From NCBI GenBank assembly GCA_965223845.1, contig CBDCXR010000004.1, positions 4,480,001 to 4,544,000 on the forward strand: a stretch of 64,000 nucleotides of DNA. The letters run 5' to 3'. The translations under genes and the position numbers were made by a program. Positions 1 through 11,902 of the stretch are shown here, in pieces. Position 1 is the stretch's first letter. Each line of letters starts with the position of its first letter. The notes below the pieces were generated by a model that saw nothing but the letters and a program-made list of their open reading frames with translations, was not told the DNA's origin and ran no database searches. This DNA is from Planctomycetota bacterium (GTDB taxonomy: Bacteria > Planctomycetota > UBA8108 > SXIK01).

Positions 1-3000
1 CGCTCGTGAGATCGAAAAGGATGAGCTCGTCGCGCATGGTGGCTGCGAGCGTCTCGTCGGTCGGATGGAACGCCACGCGGGCTTGTGAGGGGGAAAAACG
101 TCCCGCCCCATCGGGCTGAAACTTGTGCTCGAGCGCGAGCGTCGACACCCGGTGCACCTCGACGTTCCTCAGGGAATCGATCGACGCGAGCCAGCGACCG
201 GTCGGGCTGAACGCGATGTCGACGACGAGGCCACGCCCGCCATCTCCCTTCGGAGCTTCGAGCTCGACCCCGGCGGGAAAGTTCCAGCGACGGAGCGAGT
301 AGTCGTTGCTTCCCGAGATCAGAAGAGATCCGTCTCGGGTGAGAGCGAGCGCGCGGACGACTTCGGTGTGCCCCGCGAGGCGCCGGAGTCGCTTCTTTGC
401 CTCGAGGTCCCAAACGGAGATGTCGTTTCCTTCCGCGCAAATGAAACGCCCGCTATCGGGCGCGAAGAGAACCGCGAGGGTCGGTCCCTCGAATCCCGGA
501 AGATCCTCGCGAATCTCCCGCGTGTTCACGTCGACGATCGTGATGGGAGTGTCGTCGTCTCCATGGCCGACGACGAGAGCATCGCCACTCGGAGAAAACG
601 CCAAACAGAACGGTCGCCCAGTGAGCTGGACGAGAGCGTCTTCCCCGGTTCGATCCGTGCTCCAGAGGCGGAGTTCGCCAGTGTCGTGACACGCTGAGGC
701 GAGGAGCTTCCCGTCCGGGCTGAACGAGAGTGCGTTGATGTACTCCGTGTGTCCCTCCAGCTCGTGCGTGATTTCGAGTGCATCGCCCGCCACCGAGCCG
801 AGGACCACGCCGCCGCTTACGCTGCTCGCCGCGAAACGCTCGCCGTCCGGGCTGAGGACGACTCGGCGTAAGCTGCCGATTCCGGGCGAGAGAGTCGACA
901 GCCTCTCGCCCGAGTTCACCTCGTAGCAAACGATGGCTCCGCTCGCCTTCGCGACAAAGATCGCGGAGCCGTCCGCCGTCATGACGACCGAGTTCGAGTC
1001 CGTGCTGTCGTATCGCCGGGTGAGGCCACCGCTATCGACGTCCCAGAGATAGGTCCCCGAGTCCGACACCGTCACGATGCTCTTCTCGTCCGGGGTGAAC
1101 GCGATCCCGATGATCTCTTCGTCGACGCCGGAGAGCGCTCGGAGCCAGAGGGGCGCGACCTGTGTCGATCCTTCTTCGATGAGGTTTCTTGCGGCGCGCC
1201 ATTCCTCGGAATCTGGGCGGAGAAGAACGGGATGCTCGGCCTCGATCTTCTCGTCCGCCTCGGCGCGTCCGTAGCCTTCGAAGCCGATCGCCTTCCCGGC
1301 GAAGAGCCGCGCGGCGAAATGCCGCTTCTCCTCGCGGAGAACGCGCGCGCGCTCGAGCCAGACCGTGCCCTGCTCGTGGCGTGCGAGTTCGGCGAGACGC
1401 GTTGCTTCGTCGCGTGCTTTCTCGGCGTCTCCCTGGGCCTTTTCCGCCGCCGTCGCGTTTTCTTCCGCCAATCGCGCGTTCTCGTCGGCGTTGCGCTTGA
1501 GGCCGAAGGCCCAGATCGCGAGCAAGATGGCGATCACCGCGAGAACGCTGACTCCGGCGCCGAACGCTCGGAGATTGCGCGCAGCCTTGGCTCGACTCTC
1601 GGCGAGCGCGTTCGCCTGGGCGAGCTCGCGTTCTCGCGCGGCTTCCTCCGCGCGCTCTCGAGCGACGGCTTCGGCCTGACTCTCGTCGAGGAAGTCCATC
1701 GTCTCCGTGAACTCGCCGCCGTACTGGTCGGCCCAGGCGGCGTTCGGTTTTTCCGTCTCGCGCCATGCACGGGAAATCTGGAGATCGGGGCCGCGAAAGA
1801 GGCCAGCCTTGCCGGCGATCCAGAGAGCCGCCGTGTCGGCGAGTCGCCGATAGATCCGCGCGGACTGTGCCTCTTCTTCGACCCAGCCGCGGAGGTGAGT
1901 CCAGACGCGCATGAGGCTCTCGTGCGAGAGATCGACGACGCTTCCCGGTTCGAGCGACTGCGCGGCCGCGGGCATGAGGAACGTAACGCCGGGTGCGCGG
2001 TAGGCGTCGACGATCGGGCGGACGTCTCCCTCGGGAACGCCGACGATCGCGGCGAGGTCGCGAAGGCGCGTCGGCCGGCGGATCCCGCGGTGGTCGAGGC
2101 CGCGTTCGGTGAGTGCTTTGAAAATGCGTGCGGCGATGTGTCGATCGGCGTCGCGCGGGAACGCGTCGTAGACCTCGTCGGCGTGGCGCGAGAGCGCTTC
2201 TTCCATTCCGCCGGAAGCTTCGTAGTGCGGAAGGTCAATCTCGTCGGCGTCGACGGTGTCGTCAGCTTCGTTCTGCGCCCGCGAACCGATCGTGCGTTCC
2301 CACTCGTCCCACGTGCGCATGAGCGCGTGCTGAAGAATCGGAAGCTGATCGGGATCGTCTCCGACTGCGTTCAAAAGATGCTGAACGAGGCGATTCGAGA
2401 TCGCCGCGCCGCCGACTCTCACCGGACCTTCGATGGCCGCGCGAAGCTGCGTGCGCTTAAGGCGCGGAATGAGAAACTCGCCCTTGTTGACCGCCTCGGC
2501 GAGGCCTCGCAGACGCGCGCAGTCGCCGAGGTAGTCGGAGCGCATCGTGAGAACGATGTAGATCGGACATGCATCCGAACGAGCCGCCTCGAGGAGCAGG
2601 TTGACGAAGGCTTGCGCCTGGTCGTGGCGGCCGGAGCCGCTGTCGCGGAACCGGAAGATCTCCTCGAACTGGTCGACGATGATCGCGAGCTTGACATCAG
2701 GTTCGAGCTCGGACTGCTGGCAAGCTTCGACGAGGCCGAGGCGGCTGTGCCGGAGGGTGGACGTGACGCGCGGGAGGGACTCGGCGTCGTCCGGGTCGTA
2801 AAGCTCGGCGCGACAGAGCGCTTTCGCGAGGTTGCCGATGGGATCGCCGCCGGGACGAAGGACGGCGATCTCCCAGTTCGAGCCCGCCTGGGTCATCGTG
2901 CCGCCGTGGAGCTCGGGAAGGAGCCCGGCGCGGACGAGCGAAGACTTGCCCGAACCGGACGCACCGACGACGGCGATGAAGCGGTGCTCGCGAAGCCGCG

Positions 3001-3106
3001 TGAGAAGCTCGGCGGACTGGTCTTCGCGTCCGAAGAAGAGGTAGTCTTCGTCGCTCTCGAATGGGCGGAGACCCGGGAAGGGATTCAGTCGTGAGGAATC
3101 GTTCAT
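1..3106 (-). CDS. nSTAND1-type P-loop NTPase + coiled coil + TM helix + WD40 repeats (partial, runs off window start)
   Basis: Absent from the ORF track because it has no stop in the window. Manual translation from ATG 3106 gives [30 protein letters not shown], Walker [10 protein letters not shown], Walker [36 protein letters not shown] and WD repeats such as [20 protein letters not shown] and [35 protein letters not shown] overlap with the upstream kinase stop. Paralog of 15268..21483. Confidence 0.9.
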   Translation of the reverse strand, partial: MNDSSRLNPFPGLRPFESDEDYLFFGREDQSAELLTRLREHRFIAVVGASGSGKSSLVRAGLLPELHGGTMTQAGSNWEIAVLRPGGDPIGNLAKALCRAELYDPDDAESLPRVTSTLRHSRLGLVEACQQSELEPDVKLAIIVDQFEEIFRFRDSGSGRHDQAQAFVNLLLEAARSDACPIYIVLTMRSDYLGDCARLRGLAEAVNKGEFLIPRLKRTQLRAAIEGPVRVGGAAISNRLVQHLLNAVGDDPDQLPILQHALMRTWDEWERTIGSRAQNEADDTVDADEIDLPHYEASGGMEEALSRHADEVYDAFPRDADRHIAARIFKALTERGLDHRGIRRPTRLRDLAAIVGVPEGDVRPIVDAYRAPGVTFLMPAAAQSLEPGSVVDLSHESLMRVWTHLRGWVEEEAQSARIYRRLADTAALWIAGKAGLFRGPDLQISRAWRETEKPNAAWADQYGGEFTETMDFLDESQAEAVARERAEEAARERELAQANALAESRAKAARNLRAFGAGVSVLAVIAILLAIWAFGLKRNADENARLAEENATAAEKAQGDAEKARDEATRLAELARHEQGTVWLERARVLREEKRHFAARLFAGKAIGFEGYGRAEADEKIEAEHPVLLRPDSEEWRAARNLIEEGSTQVAPLWLRALSGVDEEIIGIAFTPDEKSIVTVSDSGTYLWDVDSGGLTRRYDSTDSNSVVMTADGSAIFVAKASGAIVCYEVNSGERLSTLSPGIGSLRRVVLSPDGERFAASSVSGGVVLGSVAGDALEITHELEGHTEYINALSFSPDGKLLASACHDTGELRLWSTDRTGEDALVQLTGRPFCLAFSPSGDALVVGHGDDDTPITIVDVNTREIREDLPGFEGPTLAVLFAPDSGRFICAEGNDISVWDLEAKKRLRRLAGHTEVVRALALTRDGSLLISGSNDYSLRRWNFPAGVELEAPKGDGGRGLVVDIAFSPTGRWLASIDSLRNVEVHRVSTLALEHKFQPDGAGRFSPSQARVAFHPTDETLAATMRDELILFDLTS

Positions 3107-5910
3107 GGCGAGTCCTCCGCATCGTTCGGGGCGGATCGACGTAAGGCTTCGACGAAGGGCGCGAGAACTCTCGGATCAAAAGCGCCTTCCTCGCGGACGA
3201 CCTCGGCGAGGCGCGTGCGGAAACGTTCCTTCCGGCGATCGAACGGCGGAGCGATGTAGACGAGCTGCTGAACGAGCTCGCGCGTGCGGCCGTAACCGGC
3301 GGCTTTGAGGAGTCCGCGAAGCTTGATGTCGACCCAGCCGTGACGCGCGGCGCCATAGAAGATGATCGCGGCGTCGCAGTCGACGAGGTTCTGGCGGTGC
3401 GTCTCGGCGGCTTCGGATTCTTCTGCGTCGAAGTCGGGGAGGCTCACTTCGAAACCCTGATCGAAGAGGAAGTCTTCGATCGGCTCGATCGCTTCGGCGT
3501 CTTTGACGTCGCAGATGAGGTAGACGCGCGCCGGTCCTTTCGCGCGCGAATCGTCGTTTGCGGGCGTCTCGTCGATCGCCCCGGGAGGCGGAGTGAGCTT
3601 TTCGAGAAGGAGCTCTTTCGCCGCCTCGATGTGACTTTCGACGAGCTCGGCGCCGAGGTGTTCGGCCGGATCGCGGCGGATTCGTTCGATCCACTTCTGC
3701 TGACGCGCATCGCGGACTTCGAGGTCGCCCGGAATCCAGATAAGGCGCTCGAGCCCGCGAGCGCGGGACGCCTCGGAGGCGAGGCGGTTCTGCACTTCGA
3801 GAATCGATTCGCTCGAGCCTTCGGGCACGACGCCGTGGAGGCTTCCGACGATGTGGACCGCGTAGTCGGCGCGTTCGAGATAGCTGCTGAGCACCGCTTC
3901 GAGCTCCGAGCTGACGAGCGGAAGCTGCTGGTCGGGGAGGACTCCGTGTCCGCTTGCGAGGAGCTCGCGGCGCATCGCGTCTCGTTCCGAGCTGAGATCG
4001 GATGTCGTCGTCGCGAGGTAAACGAGCTTTCCCGAATCCGGCGCGGCGAGATCGGTGGAGCTCGACGTGCTTTCGCGAAACGCGCGGAGAACCTGACTGA
4101 TTTCGCGCGCGAGATCGTAGACGCGAGCGTGGTAGCGTTCCGTTGCCGCGGCGTCGAAGGAGCCGCCGAGCTCGCGGACGCGTCCGGTCGCCGGGTCGAC
4201 GTCGAAGAACTCGAAGTCGATGAGGGAGCCGAAGAGCTCAGCGAGGCGGACCGGCATCTCGCGTTCGGCGACGGGGTGCTTCACCACCTTGAAAAGGCGC
4301 GACTTCGACTGCGGAGTTTGCTCATCGAGAGCGACGGCGTCCCAGAACGATTCGACGTGACGGCGGCAACCCGTCGACTTCACAAAGGGAGGCGAGAGTA
4401 CCGAGACGAGCGTTTTGACGCGCGGGAGCTGCTCGAGCAGCCCTTCGTCGATCGCGGCGGTCTCGGCCGGACCGGGCAGACGACAGATCTTCACGCGCTC
4501 GCCGGAAATCTGTTCGACGCGAATCTCGAGGTTCCGGTGAAGCTGCGCGATCCAGCCTTCCTTCTCGTTGGCGAGCGGCTGATCGTCGACGCGGGCGTAG
4601 CTGATGAAGACGTCGCTCTCGGTGAGGACTTCGGGCGTGATCGGTGGCGGCATTGCCTCGACCTCGATGGACGCACCGACTGCGGCAGGAAGAGCAGAGG
4701 TTTCGGTCGCGATCGACGCGGTCGCACCCGCGGGTGAGCCGGAAGCCTGGTCGCGCGCGAAGTTCTTGAGGTCGATGAGAAGATCGCGCGCCGATTGATA
4801 CCGTCGCTCGATATCCTTCTCGAGGAGCTTTCGAACGATGCGATCGAGCTCGGGAGGAACCTCGTAATTGAACCGAGCGATCGCGTCGGGCTGCGCGCGA
4901 AGAACCTTGTCGGCAACCTCGGCGTACGTGTCGCCGGCAAAAGGTAGACGAGTCGTGAGAAGCTGAAAGAAGACGCCGCCGAGCGAGAAGAGATCGCTCC
5001 GGTGATCGACGTCGCGACCGAGAACTTGCTCGGGACTCATAAAGGCGGGAGTGCCGAGAATCGTTCCGGGTTTGGTGACGAGGTTCTCCGCGGATTCCTC
5101 GCGACTCCCCGAAGGATCGACGTCGACTCGCTTCGCGAGACCGAAGTCGAGGATCTTCACCTGCCCGCGCTCGCTGAGGCTGATATTCGCGGGTTTGATG
5201 TCGCGGTGGACGATGCCCTTTGCGTGAGCGGCGTCGAGCGCGTCGGCGATTTGCGTCGCGACATCGAGAAACTCGTCGAGCGGGATCGGGCCGTCGGCGA
5301 TGCGCCGATCGAGACTCTGACCTTCGACGAGCTCCATCGCCATGAACGGCCGGCCATCCTCGCTCTCGCCGACCTCGAAGATCATGCAGACGTTCGGATG
5401 GCTGAGCGCCGAGGCGGCGCGGGCTTCGCGAAGGAAACGGCGTCGCTGCTCGGGATCGCCGGCGAGCTCGGCGATGAGGAACTTGAGCGCGACGGGTCGC
5501 TGAAGCCGGGCGTCGACGGCGAGGTAGACTTCGCCCATTCCGCCTCGGCCGAGGAGGCGTTCGAGGCGGTAGTGGGTGGAGGGGGTTGGGGCCGGGGGGT
5601 GGTTCGGGGGAGTAGGGTTCGGCGAGGCGGAGCTCGATGAGCGGGACGTGGGCGCGGACGCGGAGTCTTTAGGATTCGCGGGCGTAGCGTCCGGATCAGC
5701 GTCGGACGGAACGCCGCGGACGAGGGGAGCGGGCCGGGTTCGCTCGGTGTCGTCCGATTCGAAAGACCGGTCGTAGTCGAGGAGGGACTCGACTCGCGAG
5801 CGAACCTCGGGATCCGGGCAGCGTTCGAGTTCGGCCTGCTGCTCGGCGGGGGGTAGGCTCGCAAGCTCCTGGAAGAGAGCTTCGACTTTCTTTCTTTGGT
5901 CGGCGTTCAT
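3103..5910 (-). CDS. Ser/Thr protein kinase fused to TIR + DUF4062-like + third TIR-like domains
   Basis: Intact Hanks motifs [33 protein letters not shown]. Then [11 protein letters not shown] (TIR), [21 protein letters not shown] (DUF4062-like) and [10 protein letters not shown] (third alpha/beta domain). No TM helix seen. Confidence 0.9.
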   Translation of the reverse strand: MNADQRKKVEALFQELASLPPAEQQAELERCPDPEVRSRVESLLDYDRSFESDDTERTRPAPLVRGVPSDADPDATPANPKDSASAPTSRSSSSASPNPTPPNHPPAPTPSTHYRLERLLGRGGMGEVYLAVDARLQRPVALKFLIAELAGDPEQRRRFLREARAASALSHPNVCMIFEVGESEDGRPFMAMELVEGQSLDRRIADGPIPLDEFLDVATQIADALDAAHAKGIVHRDIKPANISLSERGQVKILDFGLAKRVDVDPSGSREESAENLVTKPGTILGTPAFMSPEQVLGRDVDHRSDLFSLGGVFFQLLTTRLPFAGDTYAEVADKVLRAQPDAIARFNYEVPPELDRIVRKLLEKDIERRYQSARDLLIDLKNFARDQASGSPAGATASIATETSALPAAVGASIEVEAMPPPITPEVLTESDVFISYARVDDQPLANEKEGWIAQLHRNLEIRVEQISGERVKICRLPGPAETAAIDEGLLEQLPRVKTLVSVLSPPFVKSTGCRRHVESFWDAVALDEQTPQSKSRLFKVVKHPVAEREMPVRLAELFGSLIDFEFFDVDPATGRVRELGGSFDAAATERYHARVYDLAREISQVLRAFRESTSSSTDLAAPDSGKLVYLATTTSDLSSERDAMRRELLASGHGVLPDQQLPLVSSELEAVLSSYLERADYAVHIVGSLHGVVPEGSSESILEVQNRLASEASRARGLERLIWIPGDLEVRDARQQKWIERIRRDPAEHLGAELVESHIEAAKELLLEKLTPPPGAIDETPANDDSRAKGPARVYLICDVKDAEAIEPIEDFLFDQGFEVSLPDFDAEESEAAETHRQNLVDCDAAIIFYGAARHGWVDIKLRGLLKAAGYGRTRELVQQLVYIAPPFDRRKERFRTRLAEVVREEGAFDPRVLAPFVEALRRSAPNDAEDSP

Positions 5911-6379
5911 TTGTTGTTTGGCGCCCCAGCTGTGTTTTCCGAAGCGGATACGATATCACGACTTCGGGGTATTTTGGGCACGCGGGGCGTGCGCGCGCAT
6001 CAACAGTCCGACGGGCGAATCCAGACCGTCATGCGTAGAAGAGGAATGGGAACCGTCACGAAAGCCGACCGTATCCCCCCGAATCTCCCTCGCGCACGTG
6101 GGACGCGTCCGCAAGGAGTGGACGGACGTCGCGATCAAAGCGATCGATGAACTTCATCCGACCTCCGCCGTGTCTCGTTCGATCGTCGTCCTCGACGTAC
6201 GCGCGCAACGCCCGTCCGAACGAACAGACCCGTGAACGATTGCTTCGCGCCGAGAACCGGATGATTCGCGTTTAGATGGGTCAAGCCCAACGCCGGTGCC
6301 ATCTCGAGATTTCGTACGATCGGCGGAGCGATTTCCGAGGTTCCGCTCGAGATCACGCCCCCTCCCTGCTTCGCCCATC

Positions 6380-6695
6380 GCGATCTCGAGGAATTCGAAG
6401 CCGAGCTCGAACGAGAGGTCGAAGAGCGCGAGGCCGCGTGCCGATCTGAAGTCTAGATGGAAGGACCGGGGTTCCTTGGCGAGAAGCGAATTCGAAATCA
6501 AAGCCCGACCGACACCCCCCAAAGCTACGAGAAGAAGTGGAATCTCTCGCCGACCATCTAGGCGAAGCGACCAGATCCGAGGACCCAAGAGATTCGCGAG
6601 CCCGTCATCTTCTGTAAGCGCTACCGAGCGGCGCTCGAGAAGTATCGTGAACGGGTCAAGAACGTCGTCTTCCCGGCCGGAACCTACGTCGCGCA
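6380..6695 (+). pseudogene. Degenerate 3' remnant of a RAYT/Y1 transposase, paralogous to 8172..9163
   Basis: Translates as VEEREAACRSEV*MEGPGFLGEKRIRNQSPTDTPQSYEKKWNLSPTI*AKRP...RYRAALEKYRERVKNVVFPAGTY. This matches the C-terminus of the minus-strand RAYT (GFLGEKRALAQKPTDSPRSYEKRWKLSPAIQAKRP...RYREALLEYRRGVKNVIFPAGT). In-frame stops; boundaries approximate. Confidence 0.75.
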
Positions 6696-7237
6696 GGTGC
6701 GGACCGACTGTCTGCGTTTCGACGGATTGTGCTGAAGAAGTTGGTGGGTCGACGCAGGTTGTGTTGATTCGGGCGAACCGGGGTGCGGTCGACGCCTCGG
6801 CGACTAGGCGAAACTCACCTGGAAATACCCAGCTCTACCCACACCTTTCCAGCTGGGCCCCGTCGATTCGAAAGGGAGCCCCGGTTCGGGCGGTCCCGCA
6901 GCCGCGAGGCGAGGAGCCGTTCGGCGTCCCCCAACCAGCGGCGGAGCGCGTCAGGGTCTCGGAAGTCGATCCCCGCCGCTTCAGCACAGTGCGCCCCTCT
7001 CTTCGCGGGGAGCGACTCACTCGCGAGCGCCTCGTCGCTCGAGGCGCTCGCGCCTCGTGAGCAGAGATGCTCACCGACGAGTTCTGCTTTTGACGCAGTG
7101 AGAATCGGGGTGTTGACGCATCCGATGCTCGGTTCGCAATATACGCCGGCGGAGGAGAGTCTGGTGAACTCCGGCCTATATCCGAAAAGAAATATGTGCT
7201 ATGCCGCGGCGGGATCCTCCCGCAGCCGCAAGGCGAG

Positions 7238-7832
7238 TGTAGTGCTCCCCTCAGGTCAAGCCACCTGGTTGGATTGTTTTGACCGGAACTGAGCTGGACT
7301 GAGATAGCAGAGCGCCTGGTGAGGGCGCACCTCGTCGTACCAGCTGATCCACGATTGAACGGCGCGTCGCGCCTCCTCGAAGTCTTTGAAGTTGTGCTGC
7401 CAGGTGCACTCTTCTTTGAGGCTCCTGAAGGACCGCTCGATCATGCCGTTCTGCTCGGGCGTGTACGGCGTGATGTACTCCTGGCTGAGGTTGTACGTGC
7501 GGCAGGTCTCACGAAAGCGTCTGGACTGGAATGCGAGCCCGTTGTCGCTACGGAGGATTAGCCTCCGCCCTGACGGGCGGAGGGTTCCGAAGCGATTGAG
7601 GCAAGCCTCCTCGAGGGCTCGCTCGGCCTCGCGAGCCCTCGCTCTCAGCGAGAACTCGTACCCCACCACTTCGCGGCCGTGACAGTCGATGACTGCCGAG
7701 AGGTGAGCCCAGCCGTCGCGTCCGCAGGGGATGTGAGCGATGTCTACAGCCCAGCGAAGGTTGCTACGCTCGGAGCGACTCGTCCGTGTCTGAGCCCGCG
7801 GTCGCGGCGTTCGCGCACGCTGATTGTAAACG
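7238..7832 (-). mobile_element. IS3-family transposase orfB fragment (integrase core) with one terminal IR, 5'-truncated
   Basis: RWAVDIAHI...SAVIDC...LRSDNG...PYTPEQNGMIERSFRSLKEEC...RPHQAL..LSP is a DDE rve core. The stop at 7256 is followed by an IS3-like end reading TGTAGTGCTCCCC on + from 7238. No orfA or second IR recognised. Confidence 0.85.
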
Positions 7833-8171
7833 TCCGGTGAACCCAGGTCCGTCGCCGACGTACGTTTCGCGACATTCGCGGACGCTCGACCGGTCAGGTA
7901 ACGAGCGAGGTCGAGGTTCCGCGAAGGCGCGTTCTGATGACCGGCGAGTTACTTCCCGCGCACTTCTTCGATGAGCTTCTTCAGCTCCTTGAGCACGGGG
8001 AGCGCCTCTTTACGCAGCCCCCCTAACCCCGTCCATCCTCAAGGATCGACGTTAATCGCCGAGTTCATAGTCAATTCAAACTATGGAGCGCGTGGCAGCG
8101 GACGTCGGATCCGCGTCGGGAGTCCGTCGTTCGCCTCTCCGCTGGTCAGAAAGCCAACTCCCCCACGATTC

Positions 8172-9163
8172 TCAATCAAGAGATCGAAAACACAAACAGA
8201 CCCTCCCCGCAATCCCGCGCCACTCTTGGCGCTTCGGTCTCCGGATCCGCGCGCCGCTACGGACAGCCGCACCGCTCCCGACAGGAGCGGCTCGCACCGC
8301 TGAAGATGGAACACCCGCATAAGGTTTCGTCCCGGCCGGGAAGATCACATTCTTCACGCCGCGGCGGTACTCGAGGAGCGCCTCCCGGTATCGCGAGCGG
8401 AACCTGACCAGCGCCCGGATCTCCGCCAGCCGCGGACCCGGCCGTTTCGCCTGAATCGCCGGCGAGAGCTTCCATCGCTTTTCGTACGACCGGGGCGAAT
8501 CGGTTGGCTTCTGCGCGAGCGCCCGCTTCTCACCGAGAAATCCACGTCCCGACGCTTCGATCTCCGCCCGGCCTCGCGTTCTTCTACTGCCTCTTCCACC
8601 TCCCGCGGGAATTCCTCGTCACTTCGATTCGCGAAGCTCGCGGGCCGGACGATCTTGAGCGGCACGACGTCTGGCATCTTGCCGGAGAAGAACCAACCCG
8701 GTCTCTCCGCGAGGACGGTCTCTCCGAATTGGCTCGGCCGACTCCGCGCGCCCGGCCATTCCTTCGCTCGCGGAACGAGACCCGAGGACACGGGATTGCA
8801 GAACGTGTAGACGAGCTGCCGGAGCACGTCTTCGGCCTCGACCGCCCGCACACAGATCGTCTGCGAGCAGTCGAACATGCTGCCAAACCTCCCGCGAAGA
8901 GCGTTCATCGAACGCGTCAGAAGGAGGTGGAAACACTGGATAAACTCACAGATCCGCCCCTCCGGGTCCGTCGCAACCACGTGGTGATGGTTCGAGAGCG
9001 CGACGTACGCGTGAATCTCGATTCCGTTTTTCTCGGCGGCGTACGCGAGACAGTAGAGAAAGGCGCCGTTCACTTTTCGCTCAGGGCGCAGCAGGAACTG
9101 ACGCTGAGTGCACCGGCGCGTAATGAGATACGTCGCGCCCGGAGTTACACGTCGTGGCAACAT
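8172..9163 (-). pseudogene. REP-associated tyrosine transposase (RAYT/IS200-like Y1), frameshifted near 8565
   Basis: ATG 9163 with GAGGAG RBS; MLPRRVTPGATYLITRRCTQRQFLLRP, HUH motif SNHHHVV, YTFCNPVSSGLV. The conserved C-terminus (GFLGEK...VIFPAGT) continues in a different frame. The 3' end is approximate. Confidence 0.8.
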
Positions 9164-9609
9164 TCGCGTTCTCCTCGTTTGACAGGAGGCGGTGTGCCAT
9201 TCGGAGCTCGGTGGGGACGGGCAAGGCATTGGTATCATCGGGCGCCAGCCGCCGCCCGCAAGTTCGAATCGTTCGCGGTCTTTCTTCCCGGGTCCCAGTT
9301 GACCGCGAGTCCTTTCCGAACTTCGGTATGAACCGGCGCACGGTGAGTCGCCCGCAACCTGGTGCGAATTGAGCGAGCCGCCCCGACGCCCCCTGGCTCA
9401 AATCGCCGCCTGTCCGGTCGCCTTGCCCTCTCGTTGCTCCCGGAGGGAGCCTGCGTATTTTCGCCGGCGCGAGCCGCGGCTTCCCGACGACCACGAATCC
9501 GGAACGTGCCCAGCCGTATAGCCAAGGATCGAACGATCCCCCGAATCCATCGTGCACGCGACGAGGCACCGTTCAGATTCATTCGATGCCTGAATTCTGG
9601 CGAGGAGCC

Positions 9610-11460
9610 TCAGTCTCCCGGCGCCGCCGTCACCTCCCGACGCGCCCCCGTCCCTGGATCGTACTCCGCGTCCTTGAGCCAACCGACGAACGCGATGCAC
9701 ATCTCGTCGGTCGTCTTCTCTCCCCAACTGATCTCGGCCGGTGGATCGTTCGGGTTGTGCGGGTTCCCGGCGGAGTTGTCGAAGGTTCCGACGACATCGA
9801 TCCGCGTTCCCGCCGGGAAGTGGATGAGTTCCTTGAAGTGATACGTCGCTTGCCAGTTGAAGTCCCAGTCGTCGATTCGAACGAGCGGGGAGATCGTTCC
9901 GTCCGGTAGCGTTGCCGTCACCTTCATCGCCTTTCCGAGGAGATGCATGTGCGGCGTAACGGAAAACGCGTAGACCGGCTCTTCGACTTTCAAGCTCGCG
10001 CGGATCTGGTAATCGGAAGCGTCTGCGGGAATCGTGAAGTCACGATTCGCGACGATTCCGGAGCGGACGCGAACCGGCCGCTCCTCCCGCGTGAGGTAGA
10101 TGCCGAGTTTCGTCTGGTCGCGTTCCTCGAGTCCGGTACGGTAGTAATGCACTTGGAGAACGATGTCGCACTTCCGTGGAAGCCACCGGCCGGTCCCCGG
10201 TAACGCTTTCACCGGGAAATTCCCCGGTGCCCAACCTCCGATGACGGAGGCCGGCTTGAACCCGGTACCACCGAACATCGTATAGCCGGGTCCTTCGTCG
10301 GCGGCGTCGAGCTCGCGAGCCTTGCCACTCGTGTCGATGAACGCGATGACATGATGCACGGTGGCACGATTCCCGGGACGCACGTCGACGGCTTGGACGA
10401 AACGATCGCGATCGGCTTCGTAGGGAATAACGAAGTGCCGGTAGTCGTCCTCTCCCTCCGGGCCGATCGTGTACTCCTCCGGCATTTCGACGACCATGTC
10501 CGGCTCGCCGAGCGCCCATCCCTCGGAGAAGATCGGAGCCGGCGGCATGTCTCCGAGATGGCCACGCGGCGCGCCCGCGTCGACCCATTTCGCGATCAGG
10601 GAAATCTCTTCGCGCGACAGGCTGCTATCGTTTCGAAACTGCCCGAATCCCGGCGCGGCCTTCCACGGCGGCATCAGCCGTTTCGCCGTATACGCTTTGA
10701 TCTCCCTCCGCCAGCGACGCGCCTCCTCGTAGTTCGTGAGAGGAAACGGTCCAACCTCGCCCGGTCGATGGCAAGACTGGCAGTTGTCTTGAAGGATGCG
10801 AGCGATGTGTCCGGTGTAGGTGACATCTTTCCTTTCGATGTCCTGCGCGAGGTGAATGCTGCAGCCGAGTGCTTTGGTTTCGGGCGTTTCGATTTTTCGC
10901 TTAGCGAGAGCCGCCGACAGCGCAGCGTCGAGGTAACGCTTCCGAACTCGATTCTCGTAGCGATGATCGTCGATCGCGCCGCGGTAGAGTAGCCTTCGCC
11001 CTTCGCCCACGAGCAGAACCTGCGGGGTCATGCTCGCGCCGAGCTTCTTTGCGATGTACCCGCTCACGTCCCGCGTGACCGGAAACGGAAGGCACGCCGC
11101 GACGGCGAATTCTCGGATTCCAGCAGCGGTTTCGTCGCCGTTCGAAAAGACACCGATCAGCGTCGCCCCTCGAGCGGCGTAGGCCGTGTGCAGCCTCTTC
11201 AGTCGCTCGATGTAGCGTTTCGCGAGGGGACATGTCGTCGAAAGAAACACAAACGCGACGGGCCCACGCTCGAGTCGTTTCTCGAGTCGAATCGTTTGGC
11301 CGCTTAGGTCGTGAAACGAGATCGGCGGAACGACCTGCCCCACTCCGAATTCCCGATGATCGCTGTCTTCGAGAAGATTGTGACCCGGTCGGATGGTGGA
11401 GTCGTCGGCGAGAGTGCTTGCGGCGATCGTTAAGCAACAAAGAACGAGAGCGATTCTCAT
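9610..11460 (-). CDS. Secreted redoxin (AhpC/TSA) + c-type heme + copper type II monooxygenase-like protein
   Basis: Signal peptide MRIALVLCCLTIAASTLA (start moved to ATG 11460); TCPLA redoxin motif, YRGAIDD, CQSCH heme motif, VHHVI, PHMHLLG, WDFNWQ, DEMC. Confidence 0.85.
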   Translation of the reverse strand: MRIALVLCCLTIAASTLADDSTIRPGHNLLEDSDHREFGVGQVVPPISFHDLSGQTIRLEKRLERGPVAFVFLSTTCPLAKRYIERLKRLHTAYAARGATLIGVFSNGDETAAGIREFAVAACLPFPVTRDVSGYIAKKLGASMTPQVLLVGEGRRLLYRGAIDDHRYENRVRKRYLDAALSAALAKRKIETPETKALGCSIHLAQDIERKDVTYTGHIARILQDNCQSCHRPGEVGPFPLTNYEEARRWRREIKAYTAKRLMPPWKAAPGFGQFRNDSSLSREEISLIAKWVDAGAPRGHLGDMPPAPIFSEGWALGEPDMVVEMPEEYTIGPEGEDDYRHFVIPYEADRDRFVQAVDVRPGNRATVHHVIAFIDTSGKARELDAADEGPGYTMFGGTGFKPASVIGGWAPGNFPVKALPGTGRWLPRKCDIVLQVHYYRTGLEERDQTKLGIYLTREERPVRVRSGIVANRDFTIPADASDYQIRASLKVEEPVYAFSVTPHMHLLGKAMKVTATLPDGTISPLVRIDDWDFNWQATYHFKELIHFPAGTRIDVVGTFDNSAGNPHNPNDPPAEISWGEKTTDEMCIAFVGWLKDAEYDPGTGARREVTAAPGD

Positions 11461-11528
11461 CGATGGATTTCCTTCTCGAAGCGCGGTTGTCGTTCGGGCC
11501 TGAACGCGATTTTGGGCGAGTCGACGAT

Positions 11529-11762
11529 TCACCACGGAATGAGCTCTCCCGGATAGCCGCAGCTCCTCAGAAGCTGAGCCAGGAACAAGGAGGCGTCCCG
11601 CTCGACCCAATCGGAAATTGCCAGGTCGACGAAGCCGAACACGACAGAGAGGACGCACCCGAAGAAAAGAAAGACGACGAGCAGCGGAGCCCCTGCTTCC
11701 TCTCGTCCTTGATCGCCGAATTGATTCTGCCCCACCGAATCGACGCGCTCTTCGCTTAGCAT
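11529..11762 (-). CDS. Small putative membrane protein (77 aa)
   Basis: ATG 11762 with GGAGGGAG RBS; one hydrophobic helix LLVVFLFFGCVLSVVFGFV; co-oriented upstream of the redoxin gene. No family recognised. Confidence 0.4.
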   Translation of the reverse strand: MLSEERVDSVGQNQFGDQGREEAGAPLLVVFLFFGCVLSVVFGFVDLAISDWVERDASLFLAQLLRSCGYPGELIPW

Positions 11763-11902
11763 GGGCGCTCCCTCCGTAACGGAAACTGTGTTCGAGGGGA
11801 CATCCGAATACGCGACGAGCACTCCGTCATTTTTTGGAGGAATCTCCCAACCACGCTTCTGGCAGCGAATTCTGATTGAGCCTCGCTAGCGAATTTCTTT
11901 TG

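Noticed and set aside
1232-3094. 620-aa plus-strand ORF, and similar long ORFs at 3340..4737, 15100..16536, 26174..27589, 38058..39359, 49737..51770 and 62261..63577
   Set aside because: Antisense shadows of motif-bearing genes on the other strand; expected from GC-rich codon bias; no recognisable motifs.
5560-5700. Pro/Ser-rich, G-run segment in the left kinase as an insertion element
   Set aside because: In frame and at the position of the variable linker also present, shorter, in the paralog; an ordinary low-complexity linker.
6700-7230. Non-coding GC-rich stretch as a structured ncRNA or intron remnant
   Set aside because: No recognisable tRNA, riboswitch or group II intron motif by eye; an Rfam/Infernal scan would be needed.
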